Under the pieces are notes generated by a model. That model was given only the letters and a program-made list of their open reading frames with translations. It did not search any database and was not told the DNA's origin. Made by a program: the position numbers and the translations under genes. Of a DNA stretch of 55,035 nt, positions 8,548 to 17,733 are shown piece after piece (position 1 is the stretch's first letter; every line of letters begins with the position of its first letter). The DNA is from Pirellulales bacterium. Lineage in GTDB: Bacteria > Planctomycetota > Planctomycetia > Pirellulales > UBA1268. The DNA lies in assembly GCA_044376405.1 (NCBI GenBank), contig JBILKZ010000005.1, positions 1-55,035 of the forward strand, written 5' to 3'.

Positions 8548-11500
8548 TTAGTCGTGTCTGCCGAACCACTGCTCGCGGATGCGGTCCATCGTGCCATCCT
8601 CCCGCATCCGCAGGATCGCCGTGTTGAGCCGTTCGCGGAGCGGACCGCCGTTAGGCAGGCCCAAGCCGTAGTCGAAAGACTCGAAGATCGGACCGACGAG
8701 TTTGAGAACCTGACGGTCGGAACGGTTTAAGAGAAACATCATCTGCTGGTTCTCCCCCACCACCGCATCCAGCCCGCCCAGCCCCAACGCATCCAGTGCC
8801 TCGTTGAGCTTGGAATATTCTCTTACCACACCACCCCGACGCCGCACCTCCTTCACGGTCACTGCCGCCTCCTGGCAGCCGACCGTGCGACCGGTGAGAT
8901 CCTTGGGCCCGTGGATCTTTCCAGCCACCCGCTCCGCCGTGAGCGTGGCGGTGAGCACGCTTGTGAACGCCGCCAGGAGCATGATCCCGCCCACCATCCA
9001 GGCAAAAGCGATCGTGCGGCCAAGGCCGCTGGCGACGTGCTTGTTGTCACAGCCGCCGGCGACGACTGTCGAGGCGATCCACCAGATGGCCTCCCACATG
9101 CCCCGAGGATACTGCGGCGGGAATGATTCCGGGTTGCCCCGATGCTCGAACCACCAGAGCAAGTGCCCGGAGGCGAGCGCGAGCAGCAGAACGGTTCCCA
9201 AGAACTGGAGCAACTGCCACGAGAAGAGCGACCTGAAGGCCGACAGGAAGCCCGATGCCTCCTGCTGCCGCACCGCGACCCGCAAGCCGGAATGCAAGAT
9301 GGGATGGGTGAGATCGAACACCCGTTCCCGCTCCTCGGTGATCGCGAGGGGTCCTAGCGCCACATCGATCTCGCCAGCGATCAACGTGTCCAACAGGTGT
9401 TTGAACGTGTCGACGCGAACGAAGTCGGTCTCCATGCCGAGCCGCTTCTCAAGATCTCGCCAGACATCGATGATCACGCCGCTGGGTTGATCGCCATCCC
9501 ATTCGACCACCGAGGCGAGCGGGACGACGCCCACCCGGAGCCGCTCCGGCACCGCTGCAGCTGGTGTCGACTCGGCGGCGACGACGCCACTGGCACAACC
9601 AGATCCCACCGCCACGAGTCCCACAATGCACAGGGCCGAGGCCACGCCGGCACGCCAGCCGCCGTTGCCCCCGGCAGCATGCACGCGAACCGTCCACCAC
9701 GTCATGGCGGCCCCCGTCGCCACGCTCGCCAGCGCCGCCGCCACGGCCCACGTCGGCAGGCTCAGTCCGGTGGAGGCAGCCGTGGCAGCCGGAACCGACT
9801 CCGCCGAACCAGACAAGCCGCCAGCCAGCCAGAGCATCGCCAGCGGCATCGAATTGTGGGCCGCATGACAGGCGATCGCCGGGAGTAGGCTCCGCGTCGC
9901 CACGGTCAGCACGCCGGCCACGAGCCCCAGGGCGAATGTCTGCGGCATTCGCTCGGGTAGCAGGTGGAAGACCGCAAAACAGGCGGCCTGGGCCACCACG
10001 CCCGCCACAAGCCGTCCACGGCTGGGCCAGGCTCCTACGAGTGCCGACTGCACCCAACCGCGAAACAGCAATTCCTCACCGATGGCCGGGAGTAGGGCGA
10101 TGAGTGCCCACGATAACCAGACCGGCTTGTCCTGCATCATGCCGATCAGTTTTTCAGCCAGACTTTTCGCCTCCGCCGACACGTGCGTTCCCCGAACGGC
10201 CAGCAGCACCGCGGCCCCGAGCACGAAGAGCCCGCCCCCCACCAGCACCGCCCCGACCACACTCGCCACCCTCCGCCAGGCCACCCACCTGCCGGCCACC
10301 ACCGGCCATCGAAGGCCGAACGTGCAGCGAAGATCAACCCGCTGCCAGGCCAGCAGCAGGGCCAGCGGCATGACCACTGCGGCGGCCTGCTGCACGGGAA
10401 TCGCCAGCGCGAAATCGGTCGGCGCGATGCCTTGCACGTACCACAGTCCAGACAGGCCGATGATCAGCGCCGTGAGCCCCTGCGCCACGGAAGGTCGGCG
10501 ACGGCGGGCGGGCCGCGACAGCAGTCCACTGGCCACGTCGGGCCCACGGAACAAGACTTCCTCGTCGGTGAGCATCGCCGCCGTCCATTGCAGCAGGAGC
10601 CAGACGATCATGGCGGACGAGGTGAGCGAGGCGGCCAGCGGCACGGCGAGCCGCTGGAACACACCGACGGCCGCCGGTCGGTCTGGAAGCCCGACGGATG
10701 TCGGCTGGCGCGGGCCATCCACGGCGGCCGCGTGGTGCGGCGCCGGTCGCGCGTCGGATTCGAGCGTCGCCCTGGCCAACGCCACCTGGCCGGCAAACGG
10801 CACGATCGGCAGGATCGTGCTGCTGCCCAGATCACCGACCACGCCGGCACCCGCCAGGGCGCTGGCGAAGAGCAGCACCGGCGTGAGCGTATTCTGTGCT
10901 TCCTTGCCGCTCTTCGAAGCCGTGGTGACGGCGAGGCACATCGCCGCCGCCAGCGCCGACAGGCCGATGAAAGCCAACACCGAGACTCCCAGCACGATCG
11001 GGAGATGCCCCTCAGGCAGAAGTTTTTCGCCCTGTGGCAGAAATCGGAGCGATACCGCCGTTGTGAGGGCGATCGAGACGACATTGGCCGCCAGCGTCGC
11101 CAAAGCCACCGCCCAGACCGCGAGAAACTTCCCCGCCACGATGTCGATCGCCGCGCACGGGGCGATCAGCAGCGTCTCGATCGTGCCACGCTCCTTTTCG
11201 CCGGCGATCGCGTCGATGGCCGGGTAGAACGCGCCGGTCATCGTGAGCACGGCCAGCAGCACGAACACGCCCCCGGCCACGGTCGGAAGGATGCTTCGGC
11301 TGGAGATCGCACCCGGCACATTGATCTTTCCGGTGAACCGTATCGCCACCGGATTGAGCAGGCTATCCGGCAGTCCGGCCCGGTCGATCCGCCGCCGCCT
11401 CGCGTCGTCGGCGAGACCACGCATGACAGCGGTGAACTGCTCCTGCGTCCGCGGCGGCAGCACCCGCGCGGCTGGTCCCTGCGCCTCGATCGACAGCGTG

Positions 11501-11973
11501 CCCTCGCCATCGAGCGCGTCGACCACACGCTCCGGCACGTCGATCCACAGGTCGGCCTGGCCTGCGTCGACGGCCGCGAGAGCCGCATTGGGAGCCGCGA
11601 ACCCGAAGGCAATCGAGGCGGGCCAGTCGGCTCGGGCGCGGCCATCCTCGGGCTTGCGCAGTCCGTTCACGCGGGCGGCGAAGGCTTGCGCATCTTTGGG
11701 TGAGCCCGACAGCACCACGGCAAGATCGGTGGGCGCCGTTCGGGTATCGATGTCGGTCAGCGCCGTCCGCACGCCGAGCGCGCTCGCGAGTGCGAGGATG
11801 GGATACATCGCCATCGGCAACAGGAGCGTGACGAACAGCGTGCGGCGGTCGCGAATGAATTCGAGCAGGTCGCGACGGGCCAGCGCCAGCCTGGCCTTGG
11901 CTCGTAGGCTGCGATTCTCATGCCCCCGCGCACTGAGCCCTCCGTCGCCAGCAGGAACGTCCCCGGCATTCAT
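8548..11973 (-). CDS. Fusion protein: NatB-like ABC-2 permease + CPBP (CAAX/Abi) intramembrane protease + periplasmic-binding-protein/ion-channel (GluR0-like) module
   Basis: Single 1141-codon frame with no internal stop. Residues ~25-475 are a multi-TM ABC-2 permease (RRDLLEFIRDRRTLFVTLLLPMAMYPIL ... AGEKERGTIETLL). Residues ~495-720 carry the CPBP motifs EELLFRG (nt 10057-10077), FAVFH and HAAHN. Residues ~810-1141 are SBP type-3 lobe 1 (LRVGVVPL...IDVALGPLAITEERERVFDLTHP), then two TM helices around a pore-like WWIASTVVAGGCDNKH, then lobe 2 (...GLGLPNGGPLRERLNTAILRMREDGTMDRIREQWFG). The start overlaps the upstream ATPase stop in ATGA (11970-11973). Confidence 0.85.
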   Translation of the reverse strand: MNAGDVPAGDGGLSARGHENRSLRAKARLALARRDLLEFIRDRRTLFVTLLLPMAMYPILALASALGVRTALTDIDTRTAPTDLAVVLSGSPKDAQAFAARVNGLRKPEDGRARADWPASIAFGFAAPNAALAAVDAGQADLWIDVPERVVDALDGEGTLSIEAQGPAARVLPPRTQEQFTAVMRGLADDARRRRIDRAGLPDSLLNPVAIRFTGKINVPGAISSRSILPTVAGGVFVLLAVLTMTGAFYPAIDAIAGEKERGTIETLLIAPCAAIDIVAGKFLAVWAVALATLAANVVSIALTTAVSLRFLPQGEKLLPEGHLPIVLGVSVLAFIGLSALAAAMCLAVTTASKSGKEAQNTLTPVLLFASALAGAGVVGDLGSSTILPIVPFAGQVALARATLESDARPAPHHAAAVDGPRQPTSVGLPDRPAAVGVFQRLAVPLAASLTSSAMIVWLLLQWTAAMLTDEEVLFRGPDVASGLLSRPARRRRPSVAQGLTALIIGLSGLWYVQGIAPTDFALAIPVQQAAAVVMPLALLLAWQRVDLRCTFGLRWPVVAGRWVAWRRVASVVGAVLVGGGLFVLGAAVLLAVRGTHVSAEAKSLAEKLIGMMQDKPVWLSWALIALLPAIGEELLFRGWVQSALVGAWPSRGRLVAGVVAQAACFAVFHLLPERMPQTFALGLVAGVLTVATRSLLPAIACHAAHNSMPLAMLWLAGGLSGSAESVPAATAASTGLSLPTWAVAAALASVATGAAMTWWTVRVHAAGGNGGWRAGVASALCIVGLVAVGSGCASGVVAAESTPAAAVPERLRVGVVPLASVVEWDGDQPSGVIIDVWRDLEKRLGMETDFVRVDTFKHLLDTLIAGEIDVALGPLAITEERERVFDLTHPILHSGLRVAVRQQEASGFLSAFRSLFSWQLLQFLGTVLLLALASGHLLWWFEHRGNPESFPPQYPRGMWEAIWWIASTVVAGGCDNKHVASGLGRTIAFAWMVGGIMLLAAFTSVLTATLTAERVAGKIHGPKDLTGRTVGCQEAAVTVKEVRRRGGVVREYSKLNEALDALGLGGLDAVVGENQQMMFLLNRSDRQVLKLVGPIFESFDYGLGLPNGGPLRERLNTAILRMREDGTMDRIREQWFGRHD

Positions 11974-12746
11974 GATGGCGCTCCCTGGGCAGGCGACGTA
12001 CCGGGCGTCTGGTCGAGCGCCGCAAAAAAAGCCTCTTCAAGATTTCCGTAGGGCCCGAGGATCTCTGTCGGCGTCCCCTGCGCGACGACGCGTCCACCAT
12101 GGAGAATTACGAATCGGTCGCAGCGATGCTCGATCTCATGAAGCCGATGCGTGGAGAGCAGGATCGCCCTTCCGTCACCGCGAAACCCGTCGAGCAGGTG
12201 GAGCAGATCGCGGGCCCCCACGACGTCGAGGGCATTGGTGGGTTCATCGAGTACGAGCGCCGGCGGGTCGTGGATCAGTGCCCGGGCCAGCGAGACCCTC
12301 TGCCGCTGCCCTGACGACAGCCGGCCGGCGGGCCGATCCGCGAACTCGGCCAGCCCGAGCGCCCGCACGAGTGCATCGATCCGCAGCACGAGCGGCCCCT
12401 CATCGAGGCCGTGCAGTCGGCCGTATGACCGCATGATTTCGAGTGCCGTGAGCCGGTCGGGAACGCCCGTCGTCGCCGACACATAGCCCAGGTGCCGCCG
12501 CGCCCCCAAGGGATCGGCCACCACGTCGCAGCCACCCACGCGGGCCGTGCCCGACGTGGGCTTCAGCAGCGTGGCCAGCACCCGCAGCGTGGTCGTCTTC
12601 CCGGCGCCGTTGGCACCGAGGAGGCCGACCATCTCGCCCGGCGCCACGGAGAGCGAAACACCGTCCACAGCCCGCACGACGCTGCCGTCGCTGGCCCGAT
12701 AGTGCTTCACGAGATCGATCACCTCGATCATTCCGCCGTCTCCCAC
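11970..12746 (-). CDS. ABC transporter ATP-binding protein (NatA-like)
   Basis: Walker A GLLGANGAGKTTT, signature LSSGQRQRVSLARAL, Walker B LVLDEPTNALD. The start is GTG at 12746 or ATG at 12731 (MIEVIDLVKHY). Confidence 0.92.
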   Translation of the reverse strand: MGDGGMIEVIDLVKHYRASDGSVVRAVDGVSLSVAPGEMVGLLGANGAGKTTTLRVLATLLKPTSGTARVGGCDVVADPLGARRHLGYVSATTGVPDRLTALEIMRSYGRLHGLDEGPLVLRIDALVRALGLAEFADRPAGRLSSGQRQRVSLARALIHDPPALVLDEPTNALDVVGARDLLHLLDGFRGDGRAILLSTHRLHEIEHRCDRFVILHGGRVVAQGTPTEILGPYGNLEEAFFAALDQTPGTSPAQGAPS

Positions 12747-12755
12747 GGTCTCATA

Positions 12756-13589
12756 TCAGATCTCCACGCTTGGGGGAAACTGCCGATAGTCGAGAATCTT
12801 CGCCGCTGCCACGAGCAGCACTGCCGCCAGGCAGACGACCGCCGCGACCTGCACCCAGGCCGGCTGCGGATCGATGAGTAGTTGCATCTCCACCGGCAAC
12901 TTCTGTCGCCAGCCCATCCACTCGACCAGCAGGCTCCGCAGCCGCAGGCTCACCGTGGCCTGATTGACGACCGCAGGAATGAACCCTGCCAGATACTCGA
13001 CCACGAGCGCCACTGCCACACTCGCCACGAGGGCCCGCTTCGGCAGGATCACGGCGGGCAGGGCGAAGAGCGCCGCCCGCCCCAGCGTCGAGAGCACCAC
13101 GAGCGCCGCCAGCATGCCGACCAGCGGCAGCGGCTTCGGTACGCGTGCCACCAGCACCGCGAGGAATGCCGCCAGGATCGCCACGATGCTCGTCCAGGTG
13201 ACGGCCGCCAGATAGGTTCCCAGGAGCAGTGCACGCCGACCACCAGGCCGGACCGAGACATGGATCCAGGTGCCACGTTCCAGTTCGTCGGCCACCACCG
13301 GACAGATGGTGACGAGCAGGCCAAGCATGCAGACCGCCTCCGGCACGAGCGCATAGATCATGGTGACGGCGAGGTCGCGGTCGAGGCCCTCCGCCGCGGT
13401 CCGCCGCACCGCCATCATCACCGCCGCGGGAAAGATCACGCCGAGCCCCGCCAGCAGGAGACGCTGGCGCGAGATCAGCCGTCCGATCTGAAAGCCCGCG
13501 ACCGCCAACGTCGAACCGAGCAGGGAGTAGCGGAGCGGTTCATCTGCCTGGTCCGAAACATCTGTGTGTCCCGAAAGAGGAACGCTCAT
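12756..13589 (-). CDS. ABC-2-type membrane permease (family not assigned)
   Basis: 277 aa, about six hydrophobic helices. The start overlaps the upstream ATPase stop in ATGA (13586-13589). Confidence 0.75.
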   Translation of the reverse strand: MSVPLSGHTDVSDQADEPLRYSLLGSTLAVAGFQIGRLISRQRLLLAGLGVIFPAAVMMAVRRTAAEGLDRDLAVTMIYALVPEAVCMLGLLVTICPVVADELERGTWIHVSVRPGGRRALLLGTYLAAVTWTSIVAILAAFLAVLVARVPKPLPLVGMLAALVVLSTLGRAALFALPAVILPKRALVASVAVALVVEYLAGFIPAVVNQATVSLRLRSLLVEWMGWRQKLPVEMQLLIDPQPAWVQVAAVVCLAAVLLVAAAKILDYRQFPPSVEI

Positions 13590-14539
13590 GATCCCACCCC
13601 ACGATGAAGCCGCACGAGGCGGCCGAAGATGCCCTCGAGCGACCGGTCGCCGGCCGCTACCTCCACGATGGCGAACCGATTCTCGACCGCAACGTGCGCG
13701 ATCCGTTCGGCCAACACCCTCGGCTGCCGTGTGGCCACCACGAGCAGATCATCCCCTTCGAACCGCACGCTCTCCGCACCGGGCGTCGCACACACCGCCT
13801 CCGCGAGCCGCCGCGGGGCATCGCACCGAATGCGCACCTCCGACGGCATGGCATCCACCATGTCTCGGATCTCGCCGGCCGTGCCGCTGGCGACGAGACG
13901 CCCGCCCAGGATGACTGCCAACCCCGCGTGCAATGCCTCCACCTCGTGGAGCAGGTGACTGGCCACGATCAGCGTGCGTGGCCTGCCTCCCACGGCATCC
14001 GCCGACACAGCCCAGTGCCGCACGAGGCCGACAAGGTCGTGCCGGGCCACCGGATCGAGTCCGTCGAAGGGTTCGTCGAGTACGAGGAGATCGGGGTCGT
14101 GCGCCATGGCACCTGCCAACTTCGCCCGCTGTCGCAGCCCCTTGGAAAGGGTGGAGAGCGGCCGGTCCATCGCCTCACCCAGCCCTACACGGTCGAGTTC
14201 CCGATCCGCCCGCTCGGCCGCGGCATCCCGTCCGAAGCCGGAGAGCCGCACGAGATACCGAACCCACTCTCGTGGTGTCGCCCGCCGTTCCAAGAGGTCG
14301 GCGGCGGGGCAGAACCCGATTCGCCGCAGCACCCGCGGATTGGCAAACGGCCGTTCGCCAAACACGCGGACCTGCCCCATCGTGGGCCGCAACTGGCCGG
14401 TGATGAGTCCCAGGAGCGTTGTCTTGCCGGCACCATTGGGGCCGAGGAGACCGTGGGCACCGCTCCCCAACTCCACCGTCACGTCGTTGACGCCGATCAC
14501 CGACCCGAAGACCTTCGTGACGTGTGTGAGGGAGAGCAT
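13586..14539 (-). CDS. ABC transporter ATP-binding protein with C-terminal extension
   Basis: Walker A GLLGPNGAGKTTL, signature LSKGLRQRAKLAGAM, Walker B LLVLDEPFDGLD. About 90 aa of extra C-terminal domain. Confidence 0.92.
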   Translation of the reverse strand: MLSLTHVTKVFGSVIGVNDVTVELGSGAHGLLGPNGAGKTTLLGLITGQLRPTMGQVRVFGERPFANPRVLRRIGFCPAADLLERRATPREWVRYLVRLSGFGRDAAAERADRELDRVGLGEAMDRPLSTLSKGLRQRAKLAGAMAHDPDLLVLDEPFDGLDPVARHDLVGLVRHWAVSADAVGGRPRTLIVASHLLHEVEALHAGLAVILGGRLVASGTAGEIRDMVDAMPSEVRIRCDAPRRLAEAVCATPGAESVRFEGDDLLVVATRQPRVLAERIAHVAVENRFAIVEVAAGDRSLEGIFGRLVRLHRGVGS

Positions 14540-14605
14540 GGACGTTTCAGGTGAGGCGGGAGTGAGGATGGGGGGCGAAAGCCGGGAATTTCATCCCTGA
14601 GCCGT

Positions 14606-15832
14606 TCACGCCCTCGTGGGAGCGTCGATCCTGTTGAGCAGCACGAACACGGCGACGATCGATACCAGCGCCAGCGACACCAGCGACGGCACGACCGCCT
14701 GAGGTCTTGTCTCGATGCCAAAGATCCAGGCCTGCATGACCCCGAGTGCATGGTAGGGCGAAAGCCAGGCCCAGCGGTCGATCACCGGATCCATGCCGGC
14801 GGCCTTTGAAAGCCAACGAAACCGACGACGCAGACTGCCGTCAGGATACCCGCCAGCCGCCGATGACTGCCGTCCCGTCACGGAGCGGTCATCCTCGAGG
14901 TCACCAAACGGATCCTCGCCCCACGATCTAGCCCGGCCCTCTCGCTGGCCGCCACCCGACGCATCGACTACCTCGGTCTGTCGGGAGGCCGCCACCAGGT
15001 CGGCGGTCGTGAGCGTCGAATGGGCGATCCAGCACGCGGCCCACGTCGCAAACCAGGCGAAGCTCGCGATCCTGCTCTCCGCCGTGGCCGAGGAATAGGC
15101 CAACGCCAACAGCACCGTCGGCACGGCGAGCACGACGCTCGCCGCGACGGCCTTGAGCGGCAGATCCCAAGTGTCGACAGCCACCCATACGCTCGGGCTC
15201 ACCAGCACCCCCATCAGCCACAATGCCAGCGCAGGCAGCACCGTGATGGCCGCGACGAGCACACCGAGAATGGCCGCCTTGCCGAGGATGTATTCGAGCC
15301 GCCCCACGGGCCTTGTGAAGTAGACGAGCCATGCCTTCGCCCGCAGATCGCGTGACACGAGTGTCGGCGCCACCAACCCGATGACCACGGCGAGGAGCAC
15401 CGCCTGCGGCACCCGCATGAAGGCCAGGAGGAGTCGTGACCAGACCACCCGTCGCGTATCGGCGATGTCGACCTTGGGATCCACGGACGACTCGCCGGCT
15501 GGCCGCACGGCCCGCGTGCCCTTGGCGTATCCGGGTGTCCGGCCCAGCGTGTCGGCCAGCACCGTGCCCAGCATTCCCACACCGTCGAGATTGCGGCCGG
15601 CGCGGGCCGCTTCACGCATGTTCACGAGCCGGCCCTCGTCGATCGCCTGCTCGAACGCGAAGAAGCTCATCGCGAACACGAGCGCAGGGCTCCACGCGAA
15701 AAACACCATGCGGCGGAGCCAGCGGCTCGTCCACGCCAGCTTGATGCCCGTCAGCGCGATCACGCCGATCGCCGCACCGGAGCCGCGGCGTTCGCCACGC
15801 CATGGCCGATAGCCCACGTCATGGAGCGGCAT
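14606..15832 (-). CDS. ABC-2-type membrane permease (family not assigned)
   Basis: Track ORF 14606..16180 trimmed to ATG 15832 (MPLHDVGYRPWRGERRG...). The longer version would run antisense-free through the 3' end of the upstream ATPase. The chosen start overlaps that ATPase by 14 nt. Multi-TM throughout. Confidence 0.75.
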   Translation of the reverse strand: MPLHDVGYRPWRGERRGSGAAIGVIALTGIKLAWTSRWLRRMVFFAWSPALVFAMSFFAFEQAIDEGRLVNMREAARAGRNLDGVGMLGTVLADTLGRTPGYAKGTRAVRPAGESSVDPKVDIADTRRVVWSRLLLAFMRVPQAVLLAVVIGLVAPTLVSRDLRAKAWLVYFTRPVGRLEYILGKAAILGVLVAAITVLPALALWLMGVLVSPSVWVAVDTWDLPLKAVAASVVLAVPTVLLALAYSSATAESRIASFAWFATWAACWIAHSTLTTADLVAASRQTEVVDASGGGQREGRARSWGEDPFGDLEDDRSVTGRQSSAAGGYPDGSLRRRFRWLSKAAGMDPVIDRWAWLSPYHALGVMQAWIFGIETRPQAVVPSLVSLALVSIVAVFVLLNRIDAPTRA

Positions 15833-16847
15833 GAGCCACCTCCTGCCCGGAGGCCCCGCGGCTCGTCTCATCTGCGGCCTCGGCGTCGCGGAGCGTCTGG
15901 ACGAAGACCTCCTCGAGCGGCCTGGCCGCCGGCTCGAGCGAGCGGATGACCACGCCTGCGTCATGGGCACTCGCCCAGACCAGACCGATCCGATCGGCCC
16001 CCGGCGGTTCGAGCAAAATCGCGCCGGTGGCCCCAGACTCATCACCGTCGACCATCCGGGCGGGGAGGCCGCGGACCGTGAGCAGCCGTGCGAGATCGGC
16101 GAGCGGGCCGTCACCTTCCAGCCGGTGTGCGGGGGTCGCGGGCCGGGTGAGCTGTTCAATCGCACCGGTGAGTCGCACACGACCGCGGGCGAGCACGATC
16201 ACGCGATCGCAGATCGACTGCACGTCGGGGAGCACGTGCGTGGAGACCAGCACGGTCTTGCCGTGGTCGCGGGCGAGCGTGACGAGCCGGCCGAGCATCG
16301 CCCGCCGTTCAAGCGGATCGAGGCCGTTGGTCGGCTCATCGAGGATCACCATCCGCGGATCGTGGACGATCGCCGCGGCGAAGGCCACCTTCTGCCGCGT
16401 GCCGACCGACAGCGTCTCCACGGGCCGATAGCGTTCCTGTCCAGCATCGCACCAATCGAGCACCTCGTGGGCCCTGCGCAGGCTCTCGGTGCCGGGCAGT
16501 CCACACAGCCGCGCCGCATAGCGCACCATCTCGACGCCGGAGAGGCCTGGCACGGCGCATTCGTCCTCGGGCACGACGCCGAGCAGCGACCGCACCCGCC
16601 GCGGCTCGCTGGCGGGATCGAGACCGAACACGCGGACGCTCCCTGCGACCAGGCGGACGAGTCCGAGGATCGCCCGCACGAGCGTGCTCTTGCCTGCGCC
16701 GTTGGGGCCCACGAGCCCGGTGACGCCCGGCGTAACCTCAAGCGACACGCCGTCGAGCACCGTGCGTCCGCCGTAGCGTTTCACGACGCCATCCAGCCGC
16801 ACGGGGAGATCGTCCAGCAGGAGTTCATCCCGAGGAGGGTTGCCCAC
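15819..16847 (-). CDS. ABC transporter ATP-binding protein with C-terminal extension
   Basis: Walker A GLVGPNGAGKSTL, signature LSVGTRQKVAFAAAI, Walker B MVILDEPTNGLD. GTG start at 16847, 58 nt downstream of frr. Confidence 0.9.
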   Translation of the reverse strand: MGNPPRDELLLDDLPVRLDGVVKRYGGRTVLDGVSLEVTPGVTGLVGPNGAGKSTLVRAILGLVRLVAGSVRVFGLDPASEPRRVRSLLGVVPEDECAVPGLSGVEMVRYAARLCGLPGTESLRRAHEVLDWCDAGQERYRPVETLSVGTRQKVAFAAAIVHDPRMVILDEPTNGLDPLERRAMLGRLVTLARDHGKTVLVSTHVLPDVQSICDRVIVLARGRVRLTGAIEQLTRPATPAHRLEGDGPLADLARLLTVRGLPARMVDGDESGATGAILLEPPGADRIGLVWASAHDAGVVIRSLEPAARPLEEVFVQTLRDAEAADETSRGASGQEVAHAAP

Positions 16848-16905
16848 TATGTCTGCATCCTACCGGGGTGACTTCATCCTGCATGGCGCGGAACCCGTCC
16901 GCCGC

Positions 16906-17466
16906 TCACTGCTCCATGACTTCCGCTTCCTTGGCCTTCGCGAGATCGCCGACCTTGGCCTCGTACTTCTTCGTCAGCTCCTGCACCTCCTCCTTGGTCG
17001 AGTCGCAGTCGTCCTCGGTGAGGGTGCCGTCGCCCTTCTCGGTGTCGGCCGCCTTGTTGCCGTCGCGGCGGACGTTGCGAATCGCCACACGGGCCTCTTC
17101 GCCCAGTTCCTTGATGCGGGCGGTCATCTTCCGTCGCACGTCGGTGGAGAGGGCCGGGATCGTGATGCGGATGACGCGACCGTCGCTCTGCGGATTGAGA
17201 CCGAGATCGCTGGCCTGAATCGCCTTCTCGATGTCCTTGATGGTGCCGGGATCGAAGGGGCGGACGACGATCTGGTTGGGTTCGGGGGCGCCGACGCTGG
17301 CGAGTGCCTTGATCGGCGTGGGCGATCCATACACCTCCACCCGGAGCGTGTCGACGAGACCGGGATTGGCCCGCCCCGTGCGGATGCCGGTGAGGGCGTG
17401 GCGGAACACATCCACGGCCTTCTCCATCCGTTCCTCAGCGTCGAGCAGAATATCGTCGGCCGGCAT
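16906..17466 (-). CDS. frr: Ribosome recycling factor
   Basis: 186 aa: MPADDILLDAEERMEKAVDVFRHALTGIRTGRANPGLVDTLRVEVYGSPTPIKALASV...RNVRRDGNK. Full-length family match by eye. Confidence 0.95.
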   Translation of the reverse strand: MPADDILLDAEERMEKAVDVFRHALTGIRTGRANPGLVDTLRVEVYGSPTPIKALASVGAPEPNQIVVRPFDPGTIKDIEKAIQASDLGLNPQSDGRVIRITIPALSTDVRRKMTARIKELGEEARVAIRNVRRDGNKAADTEKGDGTLTEDDCDSTKEEVQELTKKYEAKVGDLAKAKEAEVMEQ

Positions 17467-17733
17467 GGGGGCTTTTCCTCCTCAAAGTGTCGCTGCCCTC
17501 GGCAGCGTCGCCGAGAATCCTAATTCTGGCAGGCCGATCCCCCGGGAGGCAAGCGACGTCGCAGGGCTGCTGGTCGTTTCGCGAACATCGTGGCCATCGG
17601 ACCCGTATGGATGGGATGCTGCGGCCTCGTTTGCGGTCGGCATCCGCGCGAACTAGCCTTCAGGCTAGCCCGTTGTGTCTCGCGAGCGGCCTGCCTGCCG
17701 CCACTCCTGGCGTCCACACCACCAGCCATTCCC

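Noticed and set aside
9546-9710. Idea that the GluR0-like module is a separate gene starting at an internal Met (MTWWTVRV..., residue 757) with its own lipoprotein-like signal
   Set aside because: There is no stop codon between the CPBP module and this Met, so read-through from 11973 is unavoidable on this sequence. An additional internal initiation cannot be excluded but cannot be supported either.
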